Assembly (NCBI GenBank): GCA_973851085.1
Contig: OZ316776.1
Coordinates: 10,912,001-10,976,000, forward strand
Length of the DNA stretch: 64,000 nt
Reading direction: 5' to 3'
Source: Ptychomitrium polyphyllum
Lineage: Eukaryota
Part shown: positions 1 to 14,200 of the stretch, piece by piece
How positions within the stretch are numbered: the first letter of the stretch is position 1
Layout: each line of letters opens with the position of its first letter
Position numbers and translations under genes: made by a program
Notes under the pieces: model-generated
The model's database searches: none
What the model saw: the letters and a program-made list of their open reading frames with translations, nothing else
Told to the model about the DNA's origin: nothing

Positions 1-3000
1 TAAAACATTTTAAAGTATATTTTTATACAATTAAGAAATCACTTTAATAGTATTGTTTAAAATACATTGAAATAAACATAATAAACCAAGTTTTCATTTG
101 AAAAAAAATATTCCAAATATCAACAATAGGAGTTAATGATTTTTCATTTCTTTATTACATTGATTACCTTAAAATTTTGATGTTTATAACTTCTAAATGA
201 AGTTTGAACTTTTTGTAATATATAAGTTGCACTACACAAATATGAAATTTTAGAATACTAAAAGAAAATTTCATTTGTTACTTCTTAAATGAAAGGTTTT
301 ATTTTTGTTCTTAATATTTGGAAATATACTTTTAGTAATTACAATGTATTAAATTTTTAACTATAAGTACGTAAAATTTATTTTCAATTGAAATTTATAA
401 AAAATAATAAATATAAATATTATGTTTATTAAGAATTTGTTATTTTTTATATAATTTTTTAAAAAATTGTAAAAAATAATGAAATGAGTTTAAATATGCT
501 TTATAGACAAGGTTTAACATCCATAAAATTTGGCACTAATAGCATGTCTTTTAATGTTTCATTTTGAAATGTTTTTATTGACTTCCGTTTAATATAATTT
601 GTAAAAGAAATTAAAAATTAGAATGTAAAGGGCCAAAAAAAGAAGCTACCAAATACCAAAAAGGATAAAGATGTGATGTGTGGATAAGTTGTATTAATTG
701 CATGAAAAGCTAATGATTTCATTTATATTTTAAATATGAGAGAGCAAGTAATTCTTATAGAAATCTATCTTTTGTGCTTCAAATGTTAAAAACATTATTA
801 TACATTTGTAGTCTTTCAATTTTGTTTTAAATATTTTGGTCCATATCTTGGTTTAAATTCTTGCATTCTTTATAGGTTCAGAATACCTTCTATCTTACTT
901 AAATAGGTATTCAATAGTCATTTAGATCAACAATTTAATGTGATACTCACTTAGCAGTAAAACAGATGAATACAAATATCATCCAATTCCATGCTACAAT
1001 TCATTTTTTGTCTAGTTGCTTGCTTAAACTGGCATATGATCAACTATTTGGATTTGAATTTGCAAAATTGAAAAAATTCATAATAAAAGCACATCATATT
1101 TGACCTTTAAATTAATTCTAGATTTCTAAAACTATACAATATAAGTTAGTAAATCAAAAAACATTATAAACTATATCTGTGGATTTTATTGTATTTACTG
1201 TTTTATACTTTGTTTTGCTAGAATATATAACAAATTGCAGAAATCCAAAAAATATTGTTTCTCCACGGCTTCTCCTTTCTTCTTCCTTGTATCTGCCAAA
1301 TTCTTCGATTTCATTACAAAGCACAATTTAGGCATAAAATTCTTTATGTTTGTGGAAAATTGTATTAAAGTGAATCTTATGACAGAAAATTTTCATAATT
1401 AATTATTTAATTTATAAAATTTTCCTATTGCATTGATTTTTTTCTCACAAACTATTACTAAGTTTTTCAAAAATTAACAACAATTGTTAGAAGACATAAG
1501 TGCACGTCTTTATAATCATTGCTAGCTGTTTGAAAAGCAAAGTATAATCCAATGTAATATGGTTTCATAATTCTTGGTAATTGTAAACTTAATTGTTATC
1601 TTAATTTTGAACTTCAACCAAATAATTTAGCATTAAAGAATTCTAGGAATTTCTTTTGATTTCATTGGTTTTCAAATCTTACTTAAAAAAACAAAATAAT
1701 AATTTGCTTAGTTTATAACTTTGATTGAAATGTGAATCTTATGATGCATTGTCATGGTAATAATGTTTAAAATTCTATGGATGAAAACTTGTAAGTACCA
1801 TTTTTAATTTTCTAATAATTAAATTGAAAAGATTGAGAAACACCTCTTTATTTGGATTTTGTATATAGCAACTTTTGTGACAAATATATTAATTCACTAT
1901 TACATGTGTGATTAAACTACCTACATATTATATGTTCTAAAGAGCATTTTTCAAAATTTTGGCATACTTGATTCCACAATCGGGAGCTCAGGGTAGGTTG
2001 TTTTCTTCAATTAAATTTGTCAATGCAAACTAATGTAAGTTAGGAAAAATTGACCAAAAAGTCAAAATGATTAGTATTTTATTTTTAGAATGGCTTCTAA
2101 TTTACAAAATATTGGTTTTTGGAATTCAATAACACAAAACTGTGTGTTTGTAATTTGTTATAGATCGAAAATGAGGGTGAATGCAGAAAGATGCAGCTCC
2201 ACTCTAAGTTTTGATATACCCAGTTCAGGAAATTTCTGAAGTTTGCATAGTATGACACCTACTCAAACATGTTTCATTTTATACACAGAAGAATCCCAAA
2301 CTAGCTCAGACATCTTCGGTTTTACACATGTGCACCATCAAATTTGTAAGCAAGTACAACAGTCTGTGACGACTTTTGGCTGAAGAAGGGCACGTAGTAG
2401 ATGCAGAACTGTGAACTGTGCTACACAGCAGATGAGGCACTGATATAGGCTGCCAAGCTAGAGACAAGTTGCAACTCTAGACTTTAAACTAATGGCTTCC
2501 ATGGATGTCGTGCAGCCACGTCACAGCCTGCCAAGTTTGGGCCTTGTTTGAAGGATCCAATTACCTGTTGGCAGTCCCTGGTAGCCAATAGTCAAGGATA
2601 CTCTGGTGGTTCCCAGTCCATTATGATAGCCTATGACTATGGATTGTGGGCTCTGTCCAGAAACTTACAATAGTAGAGTTCCAAATTCTTCAGTGTGATC
2701 TGCATGATAGAGTGATGGACTTGTCACACTAGTCTGACCCTGTTCTCTGGAGGTGTGCATCAACGTTATGGAGCACACTGAAAACTAAAATTAGCCCTCT
2801 CCCGTATTTTCTAGTCTTGAGTATATGTGGAACTCTACCAATGTGAACATTACCAAACACTATCAAAGGTGATGAAGTTTTTCTCTGAACGATTGCTAAG
2901 TCTATAGAAATTATACAGTTAATGCACACTAATGAGAATTTTCAATGTAGGCTCCTGTGCAGGCTTGGGATGTGCTCCTGGCTGCTATCCTTTGGATGAT

Positions 3001-5979
3001 CTAGTGCACTCATTGCCAGATTTTTGCTCAAGAATCCATGAATGTTCATCAGATTTGCCACATGGCTTAGATGCCATCCAAGCAGGTATGGGTTGTAGAA
3101 GTCCTCTGCTGAGGGTTTTTTGAACCCTTGCAGTGAGAAGCTAGAGTAAGCCTTTTAGTCTGAGTTTTGTGCTGTCTGATTTCTGATATTTCAATAGCAT
3201 TTTCTTTACAAGGAGGCTTCACTTGCCTACATGGGTAAGGAAGTCCATTCATACCATACTGCCAACCTTAACTTGGGATCTGGAGTAACATGGACATCTC
3301 TGGAATCAATGAAGATCGAAATTGAATAATGGAAAGAAATAAAAAAAAATCAAGCATTGTAGCATAGCATAGTACTCTCTACCTCTGCATAGTATTCTAT
3401 ACTTGGATGACCCTGCATCATGATCAACAGTACTTGAATAGAATTCCATTTCTACTTTTTGTGAAGTATTGTGTATAATGGAGTATCTGGCTGCATGCTC
3501 TGAAAGCAGTGATTGGAAGTGGTGCAGTGTCATATGGTTAGAGAATGTCATACCGCAGAATAGTATAACTTCCTATTCTGCACTATGGGCCAAGTTTCTA
3601 AACTACTGTAGCTAATATCCAATGCCAGTGCTTAATTATCTCCACTTAGCCATAATTCCAGCATCTGCAACAATAAAGAGCTCTAACATCCAATCCAGAA
3701 CTTGAAAGAAATGAAGAGCTCAATCACAGAAGTTGCTAGGATGGCCAATTATGATGCAAGCCTGACAAAGGAAATTTAGAATTTTTCATTTTATAGTTTT
3801 TGACTGCCTAAAAACAAGGAGGAGCCACTGCCTTAGAAATAGGATGTGAATTTTGTGTTTGTGACTTGATGTAAAATTAGTAAGTTTTTGTGTGGAGAGT
3901 AAACTGTTTGAGGGTTGGTTGGGTAGGGCCTTCGTATCTTATCCTCTCCAGCTGGATCAAAAGTAATATCTTCTCAGAAGCTTTTAAATACCTCAGGAGG
4001 TGCAATAACTTGGCCAAAGCTGCAAAAAAATTTAGAATCACAAATATTGTGGATTAAGTTACTGTATATTGTTCTTAAACCACCAACCAGTCAGCGATAT
4101 AGTTGGGAAAAAAAATCAGTCATAGGTAAGAAGATTTCAAGAGGAATGTGATTTTTGATAATTTCATTTCAAGCACTGAAATACTACAAAAATTTTAAGT
4201 GAAAAGTATTTCACAATTCAAAAGAATGATGTAATTTGACCCAAAAGTGTGATATGTACTACAAATTCTTACTTATAAGAACGTTCCAACTACCACCTAC
4301 TTTCCAATATATTATTGATTGATTAGCATTGAAAATTGTACCATTGAGATTGATCTTACTATGTTGCAAATGGTTTCTCAAGAAAAGCCTATAATTCACT
4401 TACGTAGGATTGCTATTTGAAAGACAACATACCATAGATACCCAATTTGTATCTGGGATGTTGAAATTTGAAGAAGGAAAACTTTGTTGTGAATATGTGG
4501 GTGCAGCCTTGAATGTTCTAAATTACAACAGCTGTTATGCATTTCAGAAAACAAGCCTGTGGACATGTACAGCTCAAAACCTAGTGTCCGGGCCACCTGA
4601 TCCAATCACCAAAACATCCCAATGTACAAGTTGGGCCCAACACACAAGTTGTTGTGTTCAAGAATTTGAATCTAAGGTTTGACTCAAACTCATATATATG
4701 CTTTCTAATGCTTTTTTACATGTAGAAGAACTCTTGTGTCTTTTAGAGATAAAGTCAATTTCCAATTCTACATAGCACCCTCTTCATTAAGAGTCATGGT
4801 AGTCCATTTTGATATCCTATTCAATTTGGAAGAGTCTAATTTTTTTAAAATTAAAATGTAAAACTTATACTAAATTTAAGGCATGTAGTTTTGAAGTACT
4901 TTAAGGAGTCTCACCTTAACAATCCAAGTAACCAATGGAAGATGTTTTTATAAATAGAAGCCTTGCAAATTACAAAAGTAGAAAGGCAAATTTTGTATAC
5001 ATTCCTTCTGTAGGAATTTGTGTTGAGTGCATTTCCAATAAAATTAGCATTTGAACAAAAAAGTGATGAGTTATTACTATTAAATGATTTGTAATGATTT
5101 GTACCACCTCTATGAAAACGAAACCAATTATTGTTGATATTATTTTAAAATTTATGTTGCATATATTTTGTTGATGCCTGGATCGAACATATTTTGTCAC
5201 AGAACATACTTTGTTAATGTTTAGGTAAAATCAATTTTCTTCCAAATTACATAAAATAAGTTTTGCTGATGCATGTTGCATCTTAGCATGTAATGATTTG
5301 AGCCTTTGGACCTTGATCCATTATTATTCTTTTTTATCTTTTGTTATCATGTCCAATCTTCAATATTGACTTTTAAGCTTCAGTGTTGAATTTTGAATTT
5401 TGATTTTGATTTCTACATTTATTAATCTCCGTTCTTAAAATTTTGGTCTATAGAACCAAAATTTCCTATAATAATTTTAAAACTTGATTCCATTATTTTG
5501 GAGTTTGAAGTACATGTTTTGTTTTGATTGACAAACATAATAGTCCTATAAATTTTTTATGTGAATCAATAATCGTATTAACCATGTAAGATTTAATGAA
5601 CACCTCAATGACTTTGATTACCTACTACTTCCAGTAGTGAAGTTTCCTGTATGAGCTACCAATAGTGATAATAGAAGTTTTTAACATTAAGAAAGGCAAG
5701 AATGTTTCAGCTGAAGGTAGAGGGACAATGCCTCAATTTTTCTGAAATGTCAAGGTGCAGGGGAGCTTCGAAGGGATGGAAATCCCTTACAATGATTAAC
5801 TATGTTAATAGCATTCCCAAAGAACCTCAGGTCTGACAATAAGGGAATGAAACGAGTCTCAACACCAACCTACTTTTTGAAAACCCAACCCAGCACACCA
5901 GTCTGTGCTTTGTGCTTTACATCACAGACAATTTCCATATTATTCATTTCAATAAGTTAGACCATCTTTAAGAACATCC

Positions 5980-6375
5980 ACAACGCACACACCAAAATTC
6001 CAAGAATAGTATTCATGTTCACATGATACCTCTACTTGAAAATACCACCATGAGAAGCATATTTCAAATCATACAAAATAAATACAGAGAATGATAAAAA
6101 TATTATTGTATGAAGTTTAAGAATTATCATTAAGTTTTTGGAATTGAGGAGAAATATGAATGACTTCATGGCACATCTCTATTCTACTTAGGAAACTCAA
6201 TAAAATTCCTCAAATTACATACATTAGCATTCTTGTAAAAGATGTAGTTTTGTCATTCAATGTTTATATCTGAAATTCTTTTGTGCCTACATTATGTGAT
6301 CCAATGGTGCTATTTTCAAGTAGAGGTTCCATGTGGGTAAATCATTCTTTTTGCAAATTTAGTGTGTGCATTTGA
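5980..6375. mobile_element. Inverted-repeat (MITE/foldback-like) element with ~70-bp imperfect arms
   Basis: Left arm GCACACACCAAAATTCCAAGAAT...CACATGATACCTCTACTTGAAAATACCACCA (~5980-6050) is the imperfect reverse complement of TGGTGCTATTTTCAAGTAGAGGTTCCATGTG...ATTCTTTTTGCAAATTTAGTGTGTGC (~6305-6375). No TSD identified. Confidence 0.55.
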
Positions 6376-7822
6376 AATGGTACAATTGGCATCGGGTCAT
6401 GGAGTAGAAATAACATGCCTGTTTGTTTGTTCTTGACATGAAATCCCCTAGTGTGAGCCTTTACAACAAATGGCATGAATTGGAATTAAGGTATATAGGT
6501 TCCAACTATCACAATAAGGAATGCATCCATCCGCAAATATTACATTAATTTTTAGAAATATCATCTAGAAACTAAGGATTCAAAAGCAATGTAAATAAAA
6601 TTGTAATTTGTTTCTCAAAATTTGAACTAGTTGTAAATCCATTCATGATTTACAATAATTCAATGTCTCAAAATACAATCCCTATTCAAATTCTCTCTTA
6701 TGTTGATCAAAGTTGTTGACATTATAAAATAAAATCATTGATCAAATCTCAATTTGCAACATCTCCTATGATTTTCAATTCAAATGAATGGACAAAAACT
6801 CAATGTAATAAAATTAAAAAATACACATTCTAATGTATGAATATTGTACATTATTATGCAATGTCAAATTATTATTTATAAATAGTACTTCTATAGATGC
6901 TATATAGTTTGCTATTTGTTCCTACACCTTAATGCAAGCATAGATTCTAATTAAAATTATTGATGCGGCTAATTTTTTTAATATATTACTAAAATTATTG
7001 ATGTTGCAAAATTTATTTCAAAATTAATAAAAGAATGTTGTATTTTGAAAATATTTTAGATTTTAATAATTTTATAGCAAATTATCATTATTCAAAAAAC
7101 TTTAGCTAATAATGTTAACTAGTGCACTTAGATTGCTGAAGGATAGTGGTCAATTGCTCCAAAATATGCATGTAGATATACATATGCATACTTATACTCA
7201 CACATAAGTGTATGTGCAATTGACATTTAAAAGAATAGAATTCCATTTAATGAATCCATAATGGTGCACAACATTTTATTTTTTTGATGATATAAGACTT
7301 ATACTACTATGAGTATTTATACAAGCACAAGGTGCTAAATTTAATAGTCTAATTTGTAATAGAGTGAGAATATAACAATAGTTAAATTTTTTATTATTGT
7401 TGTTTTTTAAAATGATATTCCTAAATATTGAGTTTCATATTAATTTAACAATTTTTATTATATAATGTGATTCTTTATTTGTACAATCTAATTGATTTAT
7501 ACTACGTGGCATTAGAACTAGAGTACTATAAATACAACAACTTATGAAAATCAAGGCATGTTGGATTTTTTAGTTTTACAAATGTATAATTTGTATTTTT
7601 GTAAAAATAAAGTTAAGAACAAGAATAAAATTCTTAATGGATGGAAGTTTTATTGTATGTCAAAGGTGAAACTTTTGTTTGATTGAACTATTAAATATTT
7701 AATGGATTAATTGAAACATTTAAAAATAAAGATCATCACTCACGATAATTTGGAGGATTAATATAAACTCATTAAATGTAAAACAAGTAATATTTAGTAC
7801 CACATCTCTTATATGTTTTTCA

Positions 7823-7842
7823 TATATATATATATATATATA
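7823..7842. repeat. (AT)n microsatellite
   Basis: Run of about 10 AT units read directly. Confidence 0.85.
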
Positions 7843-8449
7843 TTATTTTATTTTATTTTAAAGAAATTTTAATTTTAATTTTTTTAAATACATCCTACAA
7901 GTATCAAAATAAATATGTAAAATTATTAAAAATTTATAAGAAAGATATAGGAGCATCATTCATCAATTTATTTATATGATACAAACGTTGTTTATAGTTT
8001 AATCAATTAAAAATCCTTCAAAAGATCTTTAAATTAAATTTGGTATTCATTAAGAATAATTCTTCCAACTTCCAATAAGATGATTGGTGCTCAGGCATTT
8101 AAATAAAGACAAGAGTACAAAAAAACACTTTTCTAATATTTCCAAATATTGATAAAATTGACATTGAAATTATTTTGTTATTTATAGCATCAAATATTAG
8201 TGCCAAAGGTTGTAAAAGTTCAATTGGTACATTTGATGCTTATATCAATGAAGGCTCAAACAACTATTCTTTATATAAATTCATAATAACACAAAGGTTT
8301 TTTATGAACACTAGCAACTAAAGTCTATAAATACTTCATCTTGGATATATTGTTGTATACATTTGAGGGTTGAATATGGTTCTTCCCTTTTTATTTCCAT
8401 TTGATAATGATAAGAATTTTCTATAAAGCTAAGTAATTAAGTAACTTTA

Positions 8450-11270
8450 CATGACATGTCATCAATAACTTGGTTTTTGTAGATAATTTTTGATGGAATT
8501 TTTGTACCTTTTGAGATGCATTGGCAACAATGGTTGAAGGTCTTTATGTCTATTCATTAATGTTATATCTTTATCAATGAAAAAAACACTTCAAGCTCTA
8601 ATTTTAAATACATTAATTAAGGATCTCTTCAACTTCATGCTCTATTTTGTTGTCAACTTCTATTGAAGAAGGTGATAGAAAAATTTTCATTGATTTATAT
8701 GATTCATTATAGGATTTTAGTTAGGATATATGAAACACTATATGGAACTTGCATGGTTGTTAATAATTTGAAGTAGAATTTAATTAGGTTTATTTGCTTC
8801 ATGGCTAAAAGAGTCCAAACATTTAATAGTCCAATTTATTTAATGGTCTTTTTATTTTTGTATTTTGTTATAAGAGCCATATAAAATCTCTAATCTTTAT
8901 TTTAATGGAATTTTTAGTATTGATTTTCATAGTCTTTATTCCAATTTTAAATTTGCTTTAGTAAATTTTGGTAATATGCAAATTTTTTTGTCGTAGAATT
9001 TTCAATATGCTTCAATTGAAGTGGATTTTTTTGTAATATTGGCTATAATTTCAAAGAATAAAATTTTCTTTGTTGATAAATTGAATGTATTGTTTTAAGC
9101 AAACTCAAAGATCCATTCAATTGTCTTATTGGTTATCATATTGCAACATGAATATAGTTCTCCATGACAGATCAAAATGGTATATATTAATCCATGTATG
9201 CAGTATATATTATCTAAAAATAATATGATCATTTATTCTTTTATTATCATTTGTTATTTGGAACAAAAATGCACAATTTTGATAAACTGGTCAATCACAT
9301 CAATATGGAGTGCTTTAATTTGGAGTTTAAAATGTTTATTTTGAAAACCATTAATAGAAATAATTATGGACTATGAAGGACCAAATATGAATGGAAGAGA
9401 CTATGAAGTTGATGTTTTAGTATTTTTACTTGTACAATTGTTGCATAATTGTATGAAGCCCTTTACATATCTTTTTGTTTGTGGACACCAATAAAATCTA
9501 GCATTCAATTCCATTGTTTTGTCATATTGAAAGTGCCCAATTGCAAAAAATTGTAGCGTACTTGAATAATTTTTAATTATATGGTTTTTAGAAGTAGGTG
9601 CAAAAGTCTTTTATAATAAAATATGCCATTTTCTAATTCAAATTCTTGTATATCATGTAAAAATGCTCTATTGTTTTTGAGGTACTCGATCATATTTGAA
9701 GCAAGTGGATCATTGGTCAAAACCTTCAAAATTTTGTCATGATAAGATGTCATGGTTATGGTTGATGCTTTTAAGTAAAGATTCATTTGGCTTCAATCTA
9801 ACAATACATTGTTGATCAAAGATTTTATTTCCAAGTTTAAGAGCCAAAATTGATCTTTAAGATAAAACATTTGGTTTTGCTTGTAGGTTGCCAATTTAGT
9901 ATGTGATGACAAAGCTAAATATAAATAGTAACATATTCCACCTTGTTTGGCAACAATTTAAGATACATGCAGTCATGAAGTACTTAAGGTTCTTATAATC
10001 TATGTACATTGTGATGGTATATTAAGCCCTTTTCAAATGTAGCCTTTTTCTCAAAGGCATCCACAATTGCAAACAATTCCATGTTTATTATTTTGGATGG
10101 AAACATAAGACAAAGGATCAAACAAGGAGATGGAATAATTAGCTTTTATATTAAGAAATAGGAATTATAATAAGGTATAAGGTTAGAGAGTCTAAACTAG
10201 ACCATAAGATAAGTGTTGTTGAGAATAAAAATTTCTTTAGCTTCAATTGTTATATATATTTAAATTAAATGCTTTGAAAGCTTTTCAAAAGGCTTCTAAT
10301 ATAATTTGTATTTAAGCAACCTTGGATTTTTTTGGGAAGCTTCTTTAACTAAAGTAGCTTCTTTAAAATCTTCTTAAATATTTTTGAACATTTTAGAAAC
10401 ATTCCTAAAAACTTCTAAAAATGATGTCCATGACAATTATATATCATATAGTTGATCATTGTTGCTGAGAAATTTTTAGAAGAAAAGGCTGAATGAAGTT
10501 TTCTATTCTTGCCATATTGTAAAAGTATCAAGCCTAGTGCAAAGCGCCAATGGTGTTGCAATCTTTGAATAAACTTTGATAAAGTTCTCATCCATATGAA
10601 TGTCATCTCTAAAAATGATTTAGTTTATAAATTCAATTGAGTATTGGTGGGAAACACACCTATCTAATTTTGGCATGTAACCTTCATTGCTTGCAAGAAA
10701 TATCATTCATTATATGTTGAAAGATTACTGGAGCATTTGTGAGGCCAAAAGGCATGACATTTTATTCAAAGGAGCCATACATGGACTAAAAATTTGTCTT
10801 TCATCCATTTCTTCCTTTAATCTCCTTGAGATTGTACGCTTCTTTAAGATCAATCCTGATGAACATCTTTGCTTGGCCAAATTGTTGCAAAAATCTTGAG
10901 ATCAATAGTAAGGAATGCAGTTGTTTTTAATCACCTTAATAAGGCCTTATAGTCTACACACATTTCTAATGTTCTATTCTTCTTCTTTACAAATAGGATG
11001 GCGCTCCATCAAATCATTTGGAATTTCAAATGAAGATTTTTCCAAAATGATTATCAATGTGTTATTTCAAGGCTACTAATTTTGTTTATGATAAATTATA
11101 AATAGGCAAAAAGGGTGGTTGTGCCCCTTCTTGTAACTCAATAATGCAATCACAAGGCCAATGCTATGGTAAAACGTTTGCATTTTTTTCTGAAATACAT
11201 CTTCATAGTCTTCATATTGGTATGATATATTTTTAACAACTTTTCTTGTACCAATACTCATTGACATTGC
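8450..11270 (-). mobile_element. Degenerate Ty3/gypsy (chromovirus-type) LTR retrotransposon pol relic: RT, RNase H, integrase, chromodomain
   Basis: Minus-strand hand translation gives motifs in gypsy order: PCDCIIELQEGAQPPFLPIYNLS (~11160-11090), ILFVKKKNRTLEMCVDY (~11000-10950), VMPFGLTNAP (~10757-10730), RNase H AFSSKNFSATMINYMIYN / ELFAIVDAFE (~10490-10050) and chromodomain-like DNKIEHEVEEILN (~8655-8617). Many stops and frameshifts; boundaries approximate. Confidence 0.88.
10082..10435. mobile_element. Nested LTR-like insertion inside the gypsy RNase H
   Basis: About 350 bp beginning TG (TGTTTATT) and ending CA (CCATGACA) separates the two halves of the RNase H motif (...INYMIYN | ELFAIVDAFE). 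It contains AAGCTTCT-type repeats like the solo LTRs. No clear TSD. Confidence 0.55.
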
Positions 11271-14200
11271 ACACAGAATTGTGTTGAAAATGAGGGAGTG
11301 AACCCTCTGGTTAATCTACAACCACTACTCTATTTGCTAGTGATTAAAAAAAACAACTTGCCATTATGAACTCTAACATGCCGGAGCAGCACCTACTTAA
11401 CCAACATCTGCCACGTGGGCCTTATATGGCAACTTCAGAATTGGGATCTTGTAGTGAATGGTCTATAAAAGTTACAATGATGACATGACTATACTTTGAA
11501 TTAGCCTCGCTCCATATACTACCCCCAACCAATCCAAGATGACTATCTTCAGTAATTGCAAACTAGCTTATCAATCATAAGAATGCTACAATGTGAGGTG
11601 TGTAACTTCAGGTTGCATTGGCAATCTGTATAGTCATTCCTTTGAAAGGAATGACAACTGTGATGATCAGTGTTTAGATTCACATTGAAAAAGACTCCAA
11701 GGAGACTGGTTAGTAATCAACCTATCCAGGGCCCTTCCTCACCTTGTCTAGGAATAATGCAACATTATAGGTAGCTTGAACTTTTCAGTTCTTGAATGGA
11801 TGTGATACTTGAACAAGGCGGCAAACCTTTTCATTCCAGTGTTGGAGACCGCTGGGAAAAAGTCCCTGATTATCATTGTTTAACATGGTCGCTCATCCTA
11901 TATTACAATATTTCACAAGTTGTAGACTATTCAGGGTATTATAAACTAAAAAAGGATCTTGCACTAGAGTTAAAACCAAATTAAAAATACTTGCTTTTGC
12001 AGTACTGTGAATTGGTTAAAACCTTATTTAATTTTTAATTATTTTTAGCACATGTAAAGAAACGCAACTGCGAAGAAAGAACCAACTTGCAGAAGTCACC
12101 CTTGCAGTGCGATCGTTGCTTTTTACATTTTCAAGTAATAGTAAAGCCTCATATAGTTTTCCGAAAAAACTCAAATTTCTAAAAACGACGAAAGGGAAAA
12201 TTTTCAGTCTCCATCGATTTGAATGGTAATTTGGAACTACAGAGTGATACAAAAATATTTTTTTGAAGAACGAGATGTTATTTCTATTCATCATCTACAC
12301 TAAACAAGGATATTAGATTGTTCATTACTGTTTTCTTGACATCTTTCATCATTTTACATAAGTGAACTATTTTTTATTTCACTAATTTTTCCTTAAGAGG
12401 TGCCTATACAATTTTTTTTTCCAAATCTTATATCTTTTTACAAAAATGAATAAATAGTGTTTCTTGAAACACAATTGATATCAATATTTTTGTTCTTTGT
12501 CAAAATATGTATTGTGTAGAGGATTATATCCTTCACCAAAAACTTTATGAGTGAGGCTATTAGAAGAACTATTGTAACTGTTCCATCCATAATAAATTTA
12601 GTTTAATGCTTTAGCATTTTGTTAAACTTAAACAATTTTTTTTATGAACAAACTATTTGATATTGTTCATGTTCTAAAGACAACCTTTTATGTACAGAGT
12701 TGAGAAAAGTTTCCATCCTGTATATAAAGTGATCAACTAATGCAGTTGTAACTATTAGAAAAAAATCAATAAAAATTGTAATGTTTGTGCTTGTGTATTT
12801 TGACTATGTTGACATTGTAAATTTCTATTACATCTCTACATGTCATTGTGATACATGTGCCATCAACAAATACTTGATGGAAAAATATCCTGTTAATTAG
12901 TTTTACACAAGGCAAACCAATATTATAAGCAATCCAATACCCTTATTTCACATGTGTAATTTGAATTACAATTGCTGTATGTTACAGCAATTGTATGTTA
13001 TAAACAATTTAATGGAATTGTATATTTGTCTGAACACGTCCAACCAAATAAACTGCAGCATGAGACCAAATAGTCAGGTGAATGGACACATACGCTAGCT
13101 TCCATATACTATGAAGAGGGCATTTGTTTTGGGCAACTAATTTTTTTTTAAAACAATATTTTAGCTTAATAGAATCCCTCAAGAAAAGAATATTTTGCCA
13201 TAATGATTTTATTTTTTTTCATAAACCACCAGGTGAAATTGCTAAATCTTTATGAAATAGATACAAAAATATTGACATAAAGAATACTTATCCAAAATTC
13301 GGAAAAAGTACAAGCTTGTAGCTGATTATAGTAACTAATCACGTTAATGGAATACTTTTAGACATTAAAAAATGATTTGATTATGATCTCAACAAAGAAA
13401 GAAGGAAAGGAATATATAAATACCTTTAACAAAGTAAAGTGCATGTTATCCAATTCACAAAAATCACACTCCTAAATATTAATCATCTATAATATAAAAA
13501 TTAAACGAACTATCTACAATAGCTTTTTGAATCCTTTGACCTCCCAATTAAAATCTCATCTATATTTATTTAAACTTACAATTTAGAATATTCAAATTGC
13601 ATGAAATGGTCACTTACTATTTAGCCTAAAATGGTGGTAAGAGACTCTACTTTTGTAACTTTTTCAACCTTACATCTTGATTGTTGATCATTAGATACTT
13701 GAAATTGCCATGTCTTTTGAATGTCTCTCCTTGTCCACATTAAAAATGCTTTTATTTTATATTTAAGAACACACAAGATTATTTGTATTGGCTCCAAAAA
13801 TTATGAAATAAAGGGATGAGTTGTATTATTAATGCAAAGACGTAAATACTGTTTCCATGTATCCATCATGCTTTCTGTTACAAAGCTTTTTCCTCTGCCT
13901 ACAATAATTTTATCTACGTTCATCTAAGTTTTGGATGAGAACTGAACCAGTTCATACATTCTGGTTTGAAGATAAAATAAATATAGTGTGTAGATATTTC
14001 ATCAATATAAATCATGGCAAATACTTTACAACTTGGTACAATTTAATCTGATTTAATTAATTTGATAATTTGTTTACAGTTACTGGTGGTTTGGTTGGGC
14101 TTTGTAGTGTTGTTGGAATAAATGGACTTAGTTATAACTATTGATCAATCACTGGGATGATATAGTTATTCTCTGTGGCTAGTGTAAATGCAAAATGATG

